Source: Candidatus Poribacteria bacterium
GTDB lineage: Bacteria > Poribacteria > WGA-4E > WGA-3G
Reading direction: 5' to 3'
Length of the DNA stretch: 64,000 bases
Assembly (NCBI GenBank): GCA_965205025.1
Contig: CBDBFU010000005.1
Span: forward strand, 1 to 64,000
Shown: in pieces, positions 39,758 through 49,751 of the stretch
Layout: the number at the start of each line of letters is the position of its first letter
How positions within the stretch are numbered: the stretch's first letter is position 1
The notes under the pieces: generated by a model
The model's database searches: none
Seen by the model: the letters and a program-made list of their open reading frames with translations, nothing else
What the model was told of the DNA's origin: nothing
Position numbers and translations under genes: made by a program

Positions 39758-41377
39758 ATGCCAACCCTCGACTTCAAAGGCAAACAATTCATATACGCAC
39801 ACCACCTCACCGTACCCTTCCACAAACCAGAGATAGACCCAGAAAAATCCCTAACAGGCGAAAACCCTCCATCACTTGACGACAACCTAATCATTCACGG
39901 CGACAATCTACACGCCTTAAAAGCACTCCTTCCCAGATACGCTGGCAAAATCAAATGTATCTATATTGACCCACCTTATAACACTGGCAACGAAAATTGG
40001 GTTTACAACGACAACGTCAACAGTCCGATGATGCAAGCATGGCTTGAGAAAAACAGTCCAATTGACATTGAAGATTTAGAACGTCATGATAAATGGTTGT
40101 GTATGATGTGGCCTCGGTTACATTTATTGCATGAGCTACTCGCTGATGATGGCGTAATTTTTATCTCAATTGATGATAATGAACAGCATCGTTTGCGTTT
40201 GTTAATGGATGATATTTTTGGGGCAGAAAATTTTGTTACTAATATAATTTGGCAGAAAAAATTTAGTCCACAAAATGATGCCAAATATTTTTCCGATAAT
40301 CATGATTTTGTGGTTTGCTACGCAAAGGATAAAGAAACATGGCGTCCGATTCTTCTACCTCGAACCGAAAAGCACAACAAGCGATATTCTAATCCTGACA
40401 ACGACCCGCGGGGACCATGGAGTTCAAGTGGATTAGATGTTAAAACCTATCAAGAAGAATATGATTATCCGATCACTACACCATCAGGTCGAATTGTTAA
40501 TCCACCAACAAGTAGGTGCTGGAGGTGCAGCAAAGAGAAATTTGATGAACTTATAAATGACAATAGGATATGGTTTGGCGAAGAGGGTAATAATGTTCCT
40601 CGCGTAAAGCGTTTTCTATCAGAAGTTAAACAAGGCATTACACCCTTAACTGTATGGCTGCACGAGGACGTTGGGCATACCCAGAGTGCAACACAAGGAC
40701 TCAACAAAATTGGTGTTGCCTTCTCAAACCCAAAACCGCATACACTGATAAAGCACATATTACAAATAGGTGCTGACCCGGATTCTATCATTCTGGACTC
40801 CTTTGCTGGTAGCGGCACCACTGCTCACGCAGTCCTTGCACTCAACAAAGAAGATGGTGGTAACCGAAAGTTTATACTCGTTGAATGTGAAGACTACGCA
40901 GACAACATCACTGCTGAACGTGTCCGTCGCGTCATAAAAGGTGTTGAAAATGCAAAAGATGAAAACCTGCGGGAAGGTCTCGGTGGTTCGTTCACCTACT
41001 GCACACTCGGTGAACCGATTGACACTGAAGGCATGCTCACAGGCGATACACTACCTACCTACGTAACATTAGCACATTATATTGCCTGGATAGCAACTGG
41101 TAGTAAACTTGAAGTTAATGCACAACAAAAGGATTATTGCTTCGGTGAAACAAAGGATATCCGCTTTTATCTCATCTATGAACCAACACTTGAATTCTTA
41201 GAAAGTAATAAGTCAGCACTTGACGCATCCCTTGCTGAGCAGATAGCTGAGGAATGCAAAGCGACAGGCAAAAAAGCCTACGTCTATGCGTCTCATAAGT
41301 TTATGAGTCAAAAAGAACTTACACCGTTGGGGATTACATTCTGTCAACTCCCCTATAGCATCTATCAAATCGCGTAA
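39758..41377 (+). CDS. mod: Type III R-M adenine methyltransferase (Mod)
   Basis: IYIDPPYN precedes DSFAGSGTT (beta class); MPTLDFKGK N-terminus; res lies downstream. Confidence 0.92.
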   Translation: MPTLDFKGKQFIYAHHLTVPFHKPEIDPEKSLTGENPPSLDDNLIIHGDNLHALKALLPRYAGKIKCIYIDPPYNTGNENWVYNDNVNSPMMQAWLEKNSPIDIEDLERHDKWLCMMWPRLHLLHELLADDGVIFISIDDNEQHRLRLLMDDIFGAENFVTNIIWQKKFSPQNDAKYFSDNHDFVVCYAKDKETWRPILLPRTEKHNKRYSNPDNDPRGPWSSSGLDVKTYQEEYDYPITTPSGRIVNPPTSRCWRCSKEKFDELINDNRIWFGEEGNNVPRVKRFLSEVKQGITPLTVWLHEDVGHTQSATQGLNKIGVAFSNPKPHTLIKHILQIGADPDSIILDSFAGSGTTAHAVLALNKEDGGNRKFILVECEDYADNITAERVRRVIKGVENAKDENLREGLGGSFTYCTLGEPIDTEGMLTGDTLPTYVTLAHYIAWIATGSKLEVNAQQKDYCFGETKDIRFYLIYEPTLEFLESNKSALDASLAEQIAEECKATGKKAYVYASHKFMSQKELTPLGITFCQLPYSIYQIA

Positions 41378-41421
41378 CTCTCATTCCTGTCTTGAATTTT
41401 ATTGTTTTCTACTCTATAATT

Positions 41422-41720
41422 ACTATAGTTTGGACAATTATTATTCATGAGACAGTTGAGTTTCTAATGATAAGTCTGTTTTGAGAGTTGGACATATCAG
41501 TGGATTCCTACAAGAATACTGCACTCCAGCGGAGTGCTATGTCTATAGAAAACATGATCGGTACGTTCTTGCACTCCAGCGGAGTGCTATGTGTCGTAAT
41601 CTTCATACTGTTCTGCTGGAAAAATGAGTGTTACATTTTATATTTTGTGTCAGAATTTAGTACAGATGAAGTAAACCGATTTCTTATTGAGTTCACACAT
41701 GAAAGTGTCCAAACTATAGT
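41422..41720. mobile_element. 299-bp MITE with perfect 15-bp TIRs and ATAATT target duplication
   Basis: ACTATAGTTTGGACA...TGTCCAAACTATAGT, with ATAATT at 41416-41421 and 41721-41726. The empty site is present in the paralogous copy near 42851. Confidence 0.9.
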
Positions 41721-41756
41721 ATAATTTAGTCAAGTGTTTACTGAAGGAGTACAAAA

Positions 41757-42176
41757 ATGAAGAAGATTTTACTCTTAGCACTCTGTTTTCTTATCTCAAC
41801 GACTTGTACATTTGCAGAACTCTCACAATCCGATTTTGAGAAGATCCAATCTATTGTTGACAAATCTGTTGAAAAGGTTGAAAAGTCTATTGAAAAATCT
41901 GAAGAACAGATTAAGGTATACGTGGATCTCAAAATCAACGCTTTGGACGGGAAGTTGAGCGGAGAAATCAAATCATTAGACGGACGATTGAATCAATTAT
42001 TCTTGCTTGTAATTGTGTTAATTGCTTTGATTGCTGTGGCTGTGGGAATGCCACATATCCTTGTTGCAAGGCAGGGAAAAGAGATACAGTCACAAAACCA
42101 ACGCATTGAGGCGTTGCAGCAAGAGATTGAAGCAATGCGACACGAAATGAATGAAAGAAACATCAGTACATCATAA
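41757..42176 (+). CDS. Signal peptide + coiled coil + TM + coiled coil protein (copy 1)
   Basis: AAGGAG RBS, signal peptide, one LDGKLSGEIKS unit, hydrophobic LFLLVIVLIALIAVAVG. Confidence 0.8.
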   Translation: MKKILLLALCFLISTTCTFAELSQSDFEKIQSIVDKSVEKVEKSIEKSEEQIKVYVDLKINALDGKLSGEIKSLDGRLNQLFLLVIVLIALIAVAVGMPHILVARQGKEIQSQNQRIEALQQEIEAMRHEMNERNISTS

Positions 42177-42245
42177 TACCTTAAGGCATTACTACGTTGG
42201 AAAGCAGAACGTCAATGGCATATTGAGAATCATAAACACATAAAA

Positions 42246-42335
42246 ATGGAACTGAAAGACTACCAACAACAAGCATTAGGGACATTAGACCGCTACCTTG
42301 ATGCACTAAAAGAAGCACGTCAACAAATAGAAGAA
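42246..42335 (+). pseudogene. Duplicated 5' fragment (30 codons) of res
   Basis: MELKDYQQQALGTLDRYLDALKEARQQIEE, near-identical to 43444-43533, then homology ends abruptly. Confidence 0.85.
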
Positions 42336-42344
42336 CTTGTCACA

Positions 42345-42727
42345 TCTGTTTTCTTATCTCAACGACTTGTGCATTTGCAGAACTCTCACAATCAGATTTT
42401 GAGAAGTTTCAATCTATTGTTGAAAAGACTGTTGAAAAATCTGAAAAACAGATTAAGGAATACATTGATCTCAAAATTGATGCCGTTAATGCAAGAATTG
42501 ATGCTATTGATACGAAAATTGATTCGAGAATTGATTCCGTTAATACGAGAATTGATTCCGTTGAAAAATCTGTTGGTCGTAACTTCTACCTAATTATAGT
42601 CACGTTTATTCTAATTGTGGTGGCTGTTGGTATTCCGCAGGCAATCATCGCAATACAAAGTAAGAAATATGATAAATTAGTTGAAGATGTTGAGATGTTA
42701 AAACAGCAACGAATTGTAAGTTCGTGA
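42345..42727 (+). pseudogene. 5'-truncated third paralogue of the coiled-coil membrane protein
   Basis: Frame reads CFLISTTCAFAELSQSDF...IDAVNARIDAIDTKIDSRIDSVNTRIDSV...FYLIIVTFILIVVAVGIPQ...RIVSS* with no start codon. Confidence 0.75.
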
Positions 42728-42888
42728 AATCTACTTATACCATGTAGTGAATGTAAACCGATACAACTACTTATCGCTTTGCCAACTCCCTATAGTATCT
42801 ATCAAATCGCGTAACTCTCATTCCAGTCTTGAATTTTATTGTTTTCTACCCTATAATTTAGTCAAGTGTTTACTGAAGGAGTACAAAA

Positions 42889-43374
42889 ATGAAGAAGATT
42901 TTACTCTTAGCACTCTGTTTTCTTATCTCAACGACTTGTGCATTTGCGGAACTCTCACAATCAGATTTTGAGAAGTTCCAATCTATTGTTGACAAATCTG
43001 TTGAAAAGGTTGAAAAGTCTATTGAAAAATCTGAAGAACGGATTAAGGAATACGTGGATCTCAAAATCAACGCTTTGGACGGGAAGTTAAGCGGAGAAAT
43101 CAAAGCATTAGACGAGAAGTTAAGCGGAGAAATCAAAGCATTAGACGAGAAGTTAAGCGGAGAAATCAAAGCATTAGATGGACGGTTGAATCAATTATTT
43201 TTACTTGTGATTGCGTTAATTGCTTTGATTGCTGTGGCTGTGGGAATGCCACATATCCTTGTGGCAAGGCAGGGAAAAGAGATACAATCACAAAACCAAC
43301 GCATTGAGGCGTTGCAGCAAGAGATTGAAGCAATGCGACACGAAATGAATGAAAGAAACATAAGTACATCTTAA
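42889..43374 (+). CDS. Signal peptide + coiled coil + TM + coiled coil protein (copy with three 11-aa repeats)
   Basis: Near-identical to 41757-42176 plus two extra 33-bp units (three units at 43078-43176). Confidence 0.82.
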   Translation: MKKILLLALCFLISTTCAFAELSQSDFEKFQSIVDKSVEKVEKSIEKSEERIKEYVDLKINALDGKLSGEIKALDEKLSGEIKALDEKLSGEIKALDGRLNQLFLLVIALIALIAVAVGMPHILVARQGKEIQSQNQRIEALQQEIEAMRHEMNERNISTS

Positions 43375-43443
43375 TACCTTAAGGCATCACTACGTTGGAA
43401 AGCAGAACGTCAATGGCATATTGAGAATCATAAACACATAAGA

Positions 43444-46092
43444 ATGGAACTGAAAGACTACCAACAACAAGCATTAGAGACATTAGACCGCTACCTTGAT
43501 GCACTAAAAGAAGCACGTCAGCAAATAGAAGAATTCGCTGCACTTGACCCCAATACACTTCCACCAGTTTTGAGACAGCAATCTGCTGCCTTAGCCAACG
43601 CAGCGGCGGATTTCCCGCGTGTCGCGTGGGAAAGTTTACGCGAAAAATCTGGGTTACCGGGTGTGCCAAATGAAAATGGGGAGAACCATATTCCAGAATA
43701 TATCTCACGTGATGCTGCTTCTGGTGAACCAATCCCGCATGTCTGTCTAAAAGTGCCAACTGGTGGGGGAAAGACGTTGTTAGGTGTTGAGGCAGTACGA
43801 CGACTCAAAATCGGTACAGGATTTCTGCTCTGGATTGTCCCAACGAAAGCCATCTATTCACAAACGCGGGATGCATTTCGCAATCAAGAACACCCTTACC
43901 GACAAATCTTGGATCGAGCTTCTGGTGACCGAGTTAAACTCCTTGAAAAAGACGACAGATTTACAAAGCAAGATGTTGAGAATCACCTCTGTGTGATGCT
44001 TCTGATGCTACCCTCCGCAAACCGAGAAAAAAACAAAGAATTTCTCAAAATCTTCCGTGATAGCAGCGGTTATGACTCCTTCTTCCCTATTGAAGACGAT
44101 ATCAGAAAGCATCAGGCATTATCGGAAAAACACCACGACCTTGAGACAGTAAAACCCGGTGAACCAGGACAGATACGTGGCATGTTCGCAGCAAATCCTG
44201 CAGATAGACTGATTAAGCAGAGTCTCTTTAATGTCTTAAAGTTGATAAGACCAACAGTAATTTTAGACGAAGCACACAAGGCTTACGGGAACAAAAATGT
44301 TGAAAACAATCGGGAGTTTGTGAAAGCAGTTAACCGCCTGAATCCCAGCTTTGTGTTGGAGTTATCTGCTACACCACAGCTCGGTATTAGCAACATCCTT
44401 GTCAATATATCAGGCACAGCACTTAAAGAGGAGGAGATGATTAAAATCCCGATTCAACTCCGCAATTATCCAAACTCCACTTGGAAATATACACTTGCCA
44501 AAGCAAAGACAGAACGGGATGAATTGGAAGAAGCAGCTAAGCAGTTTCAGCAAGAAGAAAATCGTTACATCCGTCCTATTGCTGTAATTCGGGTTGATCG
44601 TACCGGTAAAAAGCAGCGTGATGGCGTTAAGGTGCATGCAGAAGATGCACGCGACGAACTCATCAAAGTACTCGGTGTACCAGAGGAGCATATTAAAGTC
44701 AAATCTTCTGAACAAGATGAACTCGCTGGTGTGGATCTGCTCAGTCCTTTCTGCCCTGTCCGCTACATTATCACAAAAGATGCCCTAAAAGAGGGATGGG
44801 ATTGTCCGTTTGCATATCAATTGGCACTACTTGATAACACCACAGCACAAACCGCTATGACGCAGCTGATCGGTAGAGTCATGCGTCAACCGCATGCACG
44901 AGCAACCAATCTAACGGAATTAGATACTTGTTATATCTACTGCTACAATCAGAAAGTAAGCAATGCTGTCAATAACGTTAAAAAAGGGTTAGAAGCGGAA
45001 GGGTTAACAGGACTTGCAGAATACGTTGAAAGCACAGATGCGGAGCGTGAAAATAAAAGTATCCTACGTAGGAAGAAATACCGTGAGATGGATATTTTTC
45101 TGCCACAAGTACTGCACAAACGGGGACGTAGTTGGGACATGCTAAATTATGAGCGTGACATTCTCAGTGCAGTTGATTGGCGTCAACTCGAAGCAGTTGA
45201 ACCTGTAAATTTAGATGACCAAGAACTCTTACAAGAAATCCGCGCGACCATCCATTTGCAAGATCATGACGAAACAGAGAAAATCATAGGAGAAAGTGCC
45301 TCTCAAAATTTGGAAATATCGTTTTTTGTTCGACGTTTGAACGATGTGATTCCGAACCCTTGGCAAGCGTCTCGGATTGTAAAAGCCACCTTGCAAGCGT
45401 ATCGGGAACAAGGCATTGATGAGAACAAGCTATTTGCAAATCGGTTGTATCTCTCTGAAGTTTTGAAAAAGAAACTCAGCACACAGATAGAGACTCTCGC
45501 TGAAACTATTTTCCGAGAGAAACTTGAAAATAATAAAATTAGGTTTAGTCTTGAAACAGATGTCGCATTGAATTTTGAGTTAGAAAAAACAATTGAAGTT
45601 AATATCTCAAAAGATGCAAAACGTCTAACCCGTTCAGATGCAAGTCCCCTGCAGCTCAACCTCTTTAACCCAGTGTATGAAGCAGAATTCAACAATTTGG
45701 AGAAAGATTTCGCGCTTTATTTAGATAAAAAAGAGGCAATTCAGTGGTGGCATCGTATCGCCGCAAGGCAAGGATATTATTTGCAAGGTTGGCGTCGTGA
45801 CCGTGTTTATCCTGACTTTATCGCCTGTGTGCAAGGAAACAAGAAGGGACAACAACGTCTACTGATTCTTGAAACGAAAGGACAACACCTTGAAGGTAAC
45901 AGCGATACTACCTACAAAAAAGAACTTATCAAGACATTAGAATCAGCGTATAAAAACGCAACAGAATACGGAACGATGGAAGCTGCCGGTCCCAATGATA
46001 AAACAATGTCATTCCGCATGTTGCTTGAGGATACTTGGCGCGAGACAGTGAATGAAACGATAGATGATATTTATACGACAGAAAATAGTTGA
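43444..46092 (+). CDS. res: Type III restriction endonuclease subunit (Res)
   Basis: PTGGGKT, DEAH, SAT, EGWD, QLIGRVMR helicase motifs; C-terminal YPDF...ETKG nuclease motif. Confidence 0.92.
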   Translation: MELKDYQQQALETLDRYLDALKEARQQIEEFAALDPNTLPPVLRQQSAALANAAADFPRVAWESLREKSGLPGVPNENGENHIPEYISRDAASGEPIPHVCLKVPTGGGKTLLGVEAVRRLKIGTGFLLWIVPTKAIYSQTRDAFRNQEHPYRQILDRASGDRVKLLEKDDRFTKQDVENHLCVMLLMLPSANREKNKEFLKIFRDSSGYDSFFPIEDDIRKHQALSEKHHDLETVKPGEPGQIRGMFAANPADRLIKQSLFNVLKLIRPTVILDEAHKAYGNKNVENNREFVKAVNRLNPSFVLELSATPQLGISNILVNISGTALKEEEMIKIPIQLRNYPNSTWKYTLAKAKTERDELEEAAKQFQQEENRYIRPIAVIRVDRTGKKQRDGVKVHAEDARDELIKVLGVPEEHIKVKSSEQDELAGVDLLSPFCPVRYIITKDALKEGWDCPFAYQLALLDNTTAQTAMTQLIGRVMRQPHARATNLTELDTCYIYCYNQKVSNAVNNVKKGLEAEGLTGLAEYVESTDAERENKSILRRKKYREMDIFLPQVLHKRGRSWDMLNYERDILSAVDWRQLEAVEPVNLDDQELLQEIRATIHLQDHDETEKIIGESASQNLEISFFVRRLNDVIPNPWQASRIVKATLQAYREQGIDENKLFANRLYLSEVLKKKLSTQIETLAETIFREKLENNKIRFSLETDVALNFELEKTIEVNISKDAKRLTRSDASPLQLNLFNPVYEAEFNNLEKDFALYLDKKEAIQWWHRIAARQGYYLQGWRRDRVYPDFIACVQGNKKGQQRLLILETKGQHLEGNSDTTYKKELIKTLESAYKNATEYGTMEAAGPNDKTMSFRMLLEDTWRETVNETIDDIYTTENS

Positions 46093-46298
46093 TTTATCCA
46101 ACGATGAATCTAAGTCAACATTCTGACAAACCCGTTTCATTCTATAAAAATTCAAAATAAAATGAAGAAAAAGGACATCTCTAACAACTAACATACATAT
46201 ATCACAAAAACAGAATAACATATTAATAATAACCCATGTTTTTATTGACGGATTTTGATCATTTCAACACAGTTTTTCAGACACTTTCCTCAACCCAG

Positions 46299-46808
46299 AT
46301 GAAGTTAAAAAAATAAAATAGGTAATTTGGACCCAGAGCTGGTAGGTGCGGTTTCCTAACCGTACTATAGGCGTCAATTTAAGGAGAAGTACGCTATAAA
46401 TTTCAGGTCGGTAGGTTCGGTTTCCTAACCGAACCGGGTTTGTTCCAATTGCGTTCATAAAGTTTTTCGCGAAGGATCCAGTGCGATTAGGAAATCGCAC
46501 TATTAGCGTCAATTTAGACTATGATTTATTGGTTTTGAGTCCCGTAGGGACGGAATGTCTATAGAAGTGGTTATCACCAATATCCCAAGCCCCAGCGGGG
46601 CGAAAGGTTTGTAGAAAACGTAATAAACACAAAACACTAAGCCCCAGCGGGGCGAAAGGTGTATCTAAATTGATGCCTATGGTGCGATTAGGAAATCGCA
46701 CCTACCGGCCTGGGAAAACCACTAAATTGACGCCTATGGTGCGGTTTCCTAACCGTACCGGATTCTACAAGAAACTGGAAATTACCCGAATAAATTTTTT
46801 AACTTCAT
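46299..46808. mobile_element. Three-layer nested MITE/REP structure
   Basis: Outer TIR ATGAAGTTAAAAAA; middle 46367-46737 (TIR ATAGGCGTCAATTTA); inner ~46502-46680 (same TIR family). Confidence 0.8.
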
Positions 46809-47391
46809 GAGGGATGATATGTCTATAGAAAAATGTATATCAACCTCCTGCACTCCAGCGGAGTACAAGGACAACGAAATCAAAAAAGGACAAATTTAGA
46901 ATTTTTTAATTTTTAAATTTAGAATGCTAAGAAGCCAGTCTATGACAGGGGTTACAGGGGTAATTTACACCAATTTCAAAGTTACACCATGTAACGAAAA
47001 GTGTAACTTTTTTCATATTTTCTGTCTATGAATGAGACTTAAACCAATAACGACAAACAAAAACTATAAGAAATTGATGACAATTAAAAGATTTAACACT
47101 TATAACGAAATATCAAATTCTCCTAAGAATACACCTCTATTTGGAGACATTGGATGTCTAAAAAAGAAAAGTCAACTAAGACACAAAATGACACTTTTTA
47201 GAATTTTTATAATTTCATTTCAAATTGCTATAAACCCTGTCTATAACAGCGTTTATAGCCATAATTTACACCAATTTTAATGTCACACCGTGTGACAAAA
47301 AGTGTAACTTTTTTCATATTTTACGACTTCGGAAAATACAAGAGTTAAACGGAAACAACTAAAAACTATAGTATTATTTATTGAGTTTCTT

Positions 47392-48849
47392 ATGTTAAGA
47401 CTTTTGCAACATCATATAGTTATCAAATATTTTATATCGGTCTTATTCATTATAATGTTCGTTTGCATAACGCAAACAAGCAATACAAATGCCATAGAAG
47501 AATCAGAGATGAAAAAAAACAGAATCCAGATTTACAAAGAAAACCCACGTTACTGGCAATATAAAGGTAAACCCATTCTGCTTATCGGCGGTTCTGTTGA
47601 TGATAATTTGTTTCAGATACCGAATCTCAAAGAGCATCTTGAATTATTGAAATCAGTCGGTGGAAATTATGTTAGGTCTACGATGGGATGGACTGAGGCG
47701 GTCGATGTGCCACCCTTCAAAAAAGTCGGTGATCTGTATGACTTAAATCAGTGGAACGATGAATTTTGGACACGTTTTCAAAACTTTATCAGATGGACTC
47801 ACGAAATGGATATTATCGTCCAAATTGAAGTCTGGGCAACTTTCAACTATTATAGAGATTATTGGGAGGTCAACCCATTCAATCCAAAAAATAATAGCAA
47901 TTACTCCACAGAGGAGACAGAATTACCTACTGCCGTCAATAGCCATCCAAGTGCAGCGAAAAATGACTTCTTCCGGTCAGTTCCCAAAAAGCGAAATCAG
48001 GAAATTGTCCTAAAATATCAACAAAAATATGTGGATAAACTTCTTTCTGAGACGCTACCTTATGGACACATACTCTACTGTATGGACAACGAAACGGCTG
48101 TTACACCAGCATGGGGGGAATACTGGTCAACGTATATCAAGAATCGAGCAACCGAAGTTGGACGCGGTGTTGAAACAACTGAGAGTTGGAATCCATGGGA
48201 AATTGACCATGAACAACATCTGAATACAAAGGATCACCCAGAAATATATTCATTCTGTGATATATCACAGAATAATATGCAGAAACGGCAAACACATTGG
48301 GACAACGCACAGAAATACAGGGCAGAACTCTCACCGATCCGTCCCATGAATAATGTTAAGATCTACGGTGCTGATACCGGGAAATACGGTACAACACGAA
48401 ATGGGTTAGAACGGTTCTGGCGTAATATCTTTGGTGGACTTGCATCAGCACGGTTCCACCGTCCTCCCAACGGACTCGGTTTGACTAAGACAGCACAAGC
48501 GAGTCTCAAGAGTATGAGAATGATTACCGACGAAATCGATGTTTTTAACTGTGAACCTAACAACGAATTGCTATCCAACCGTGAAGATAATGAAGCATAT
48601 ACCTTAGCAAATCCCGGTAAAGAATATGCTTTATATTTCCCAAAAGAGGGTTCGGTTGATCTCGATTTGAGTGTTAATAGACAGAAGGATGCCAAAACAG
48701 TTAATTTAAGATGGCTAAATATAAGTAAAGGCGAATGGAAAAAAGAACAGGAAATTCCGTTCAGTGATAGCATAACGTTGTCTCCACCCACTGAATCACA
48801 TTGGGCAGTCTTAGTTAAGTTTACCCAAGTTGCTACTAAAGGATTTTGA
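47392..48849 (+). CDS. Glycoside hydrolase-like protein (close paralogue of 34851-36281)
   Basis: Long identical stretches, e.g. RIQIYKENPRYWQYKG, LLSETLPYGHILYCMDNETAVT, GLERFWRNIFGG. Confidence 0.65.
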   Translation: MLRLLQHHIVIKYFISVLFIIMFVCITQTSNTNAIEESEMKKNRIQIYKENPRYWQYKGKPILLIGGSVDDNLFQIPNLKEHLELLKSVGGNYVRSTMGWTEAVDVPPFKKVGDLYDLNQWNDEFWTRFQNFIRWTHEMDIIVQIEVWATFNYYRDYWEVNPFNPKNNSNYSTEETELPTAVNSHPSAAKNDFFRSVPKKRNQEIVLKYQQKYVDKLLSETLPYGHILYCMDNETAVTPAWGEYWSTYIKNRATEVGRGVETTESWNPWEIDHEQHLNTKDHPEIYSFCDISQNNMQKRQTHWDNAQKYRAELSPIRPMNNVKIYGADTGKYGTTRNGLERFWRNIFGGLASARFHRPPNGLGLTKTAQASLKSMRMITDEIDVFNCEPNNELLSNREDNEAYTLANPGKEYALYFPKEGSVDLDLSVNRQKDAKTVNLRWLNISKGEWKKEQEIPFSDSITLSPPTESHWAVLVKFTQVATKGF

Positions 48850-48945
48850 TCGTTTCAACCCAGTTTTTTAAGACATTTTCCTCACCCAGAGGGTAATAGA
48901 CCAGTCGAGAGTAAAGGTTTAGATCTAAGTTTTTCAGATACTTTA

Positions 48946-49268
48946 CACACCCCAGAGGGGTGATATGTCTATAGAAAAGGGTATCAACATCCTGCACTCC
49001 AGCGGAGGCTATGTCTATAGAAACATCATCGGTACATTCTTGCACTCCAACGGAGTGCTATGTAATACCATTTGCAATTGATAGACTTACATTATGTTTT
49101 GTGTCAAATAGGAACAATCATACACAGATTATGAGTCCCGTAGGGACGGAATGTCTATAGAAAATGTGTAAAACTCTATAATTGAGTCCCGTAGGGACGA
49201 AATGTCTATAGTACAAAATCTTAAATCCGTGAAAACAATAAAAATAAGTTAGCTGGCAAAAGTCCTTA
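48946..49268. repeat. Cluster of hairpin + ATGTCTATAG repeats
   Basis: CACCCCAGAGGGGTG, GCACTCCA.CGGAG and two GTCCCGTAGGGAC units, most followed by ATGTCTATAG. Confidence 0.8.
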
Positions 49269-49400
49269 AGATAGAGTAATATCGTAAATGAAAATTACTG
49301 TTAATTTTTGCATTCTCACTGTTCTTGTAGTATAATTTAAACCGTTGCTGAATAGATGATTCTCTCTCCAAACCACTTTGGCAGTATGGAAGCAACCCAC

Positions 49401-49694
49401 ATGTTTAAACGACGCTTAGACCAAGTCAAACATGAAAATATAGGGATGTTTGATCTTGCCTCAATCGGTATAACACTTGCACTTGCGATAGTCATCGGTT
49501 ATTTTGGAGGCAAGTGGATTGGTGGCAAATTAGGCAACGCTGATATCGGTTCATACATCGGTTTTGCCATTGGAGTTGCTGCTGGTTTCTTAGAGATGTT
49601 TCGCTCCGTAGCGCGATGGAACCGAAAACTGGAACGCATGGAAAAACAACGTCGTGATGAAGCACAACAAGAACAAGACGTTAAAGAAGAATGA
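49401..49694 (+). CDS. AtpZ/AtpI-family two-TM accessory protein
   Basis: SIGITLALAIVIGYFGGKWI...IGFAIGVAAGF; first gene of the atp cluster. Confidence 0.75.
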   Translation: MFKRRLDQVKHENIGMFDLASIGITLALAIVIGYFGGKWIGGKLGNADIGSYIGFAIGVAAGFLEMFRSVARWNRKLERMEKQRRDEAQQEQDVKEE

Positions 49695-49751
49695 TACTTA
49701 AAGCATCCGATAACCTCCGGTATTTTGACAAAGGAGTCGTTTGGAATTATA

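Noticed and set aside
39758-41377. Phase-variable mod (phasevarion)
   Set aside because: No simple-sequence repeat tract seen in or before the gene.
42246-42593. 115-aa ORF as a real gene
   Set aside because: It is a chimera of the res 5' fragment and an out-of-frame read of the coiled-coil paralogue.
48946-49268. Regularly spaced palindromes resembling a CRISPR or attC array
   Set aside because: The units have different stems and match dispersed REP-like families; there is no constant repeat, integrase or cassette ORF.
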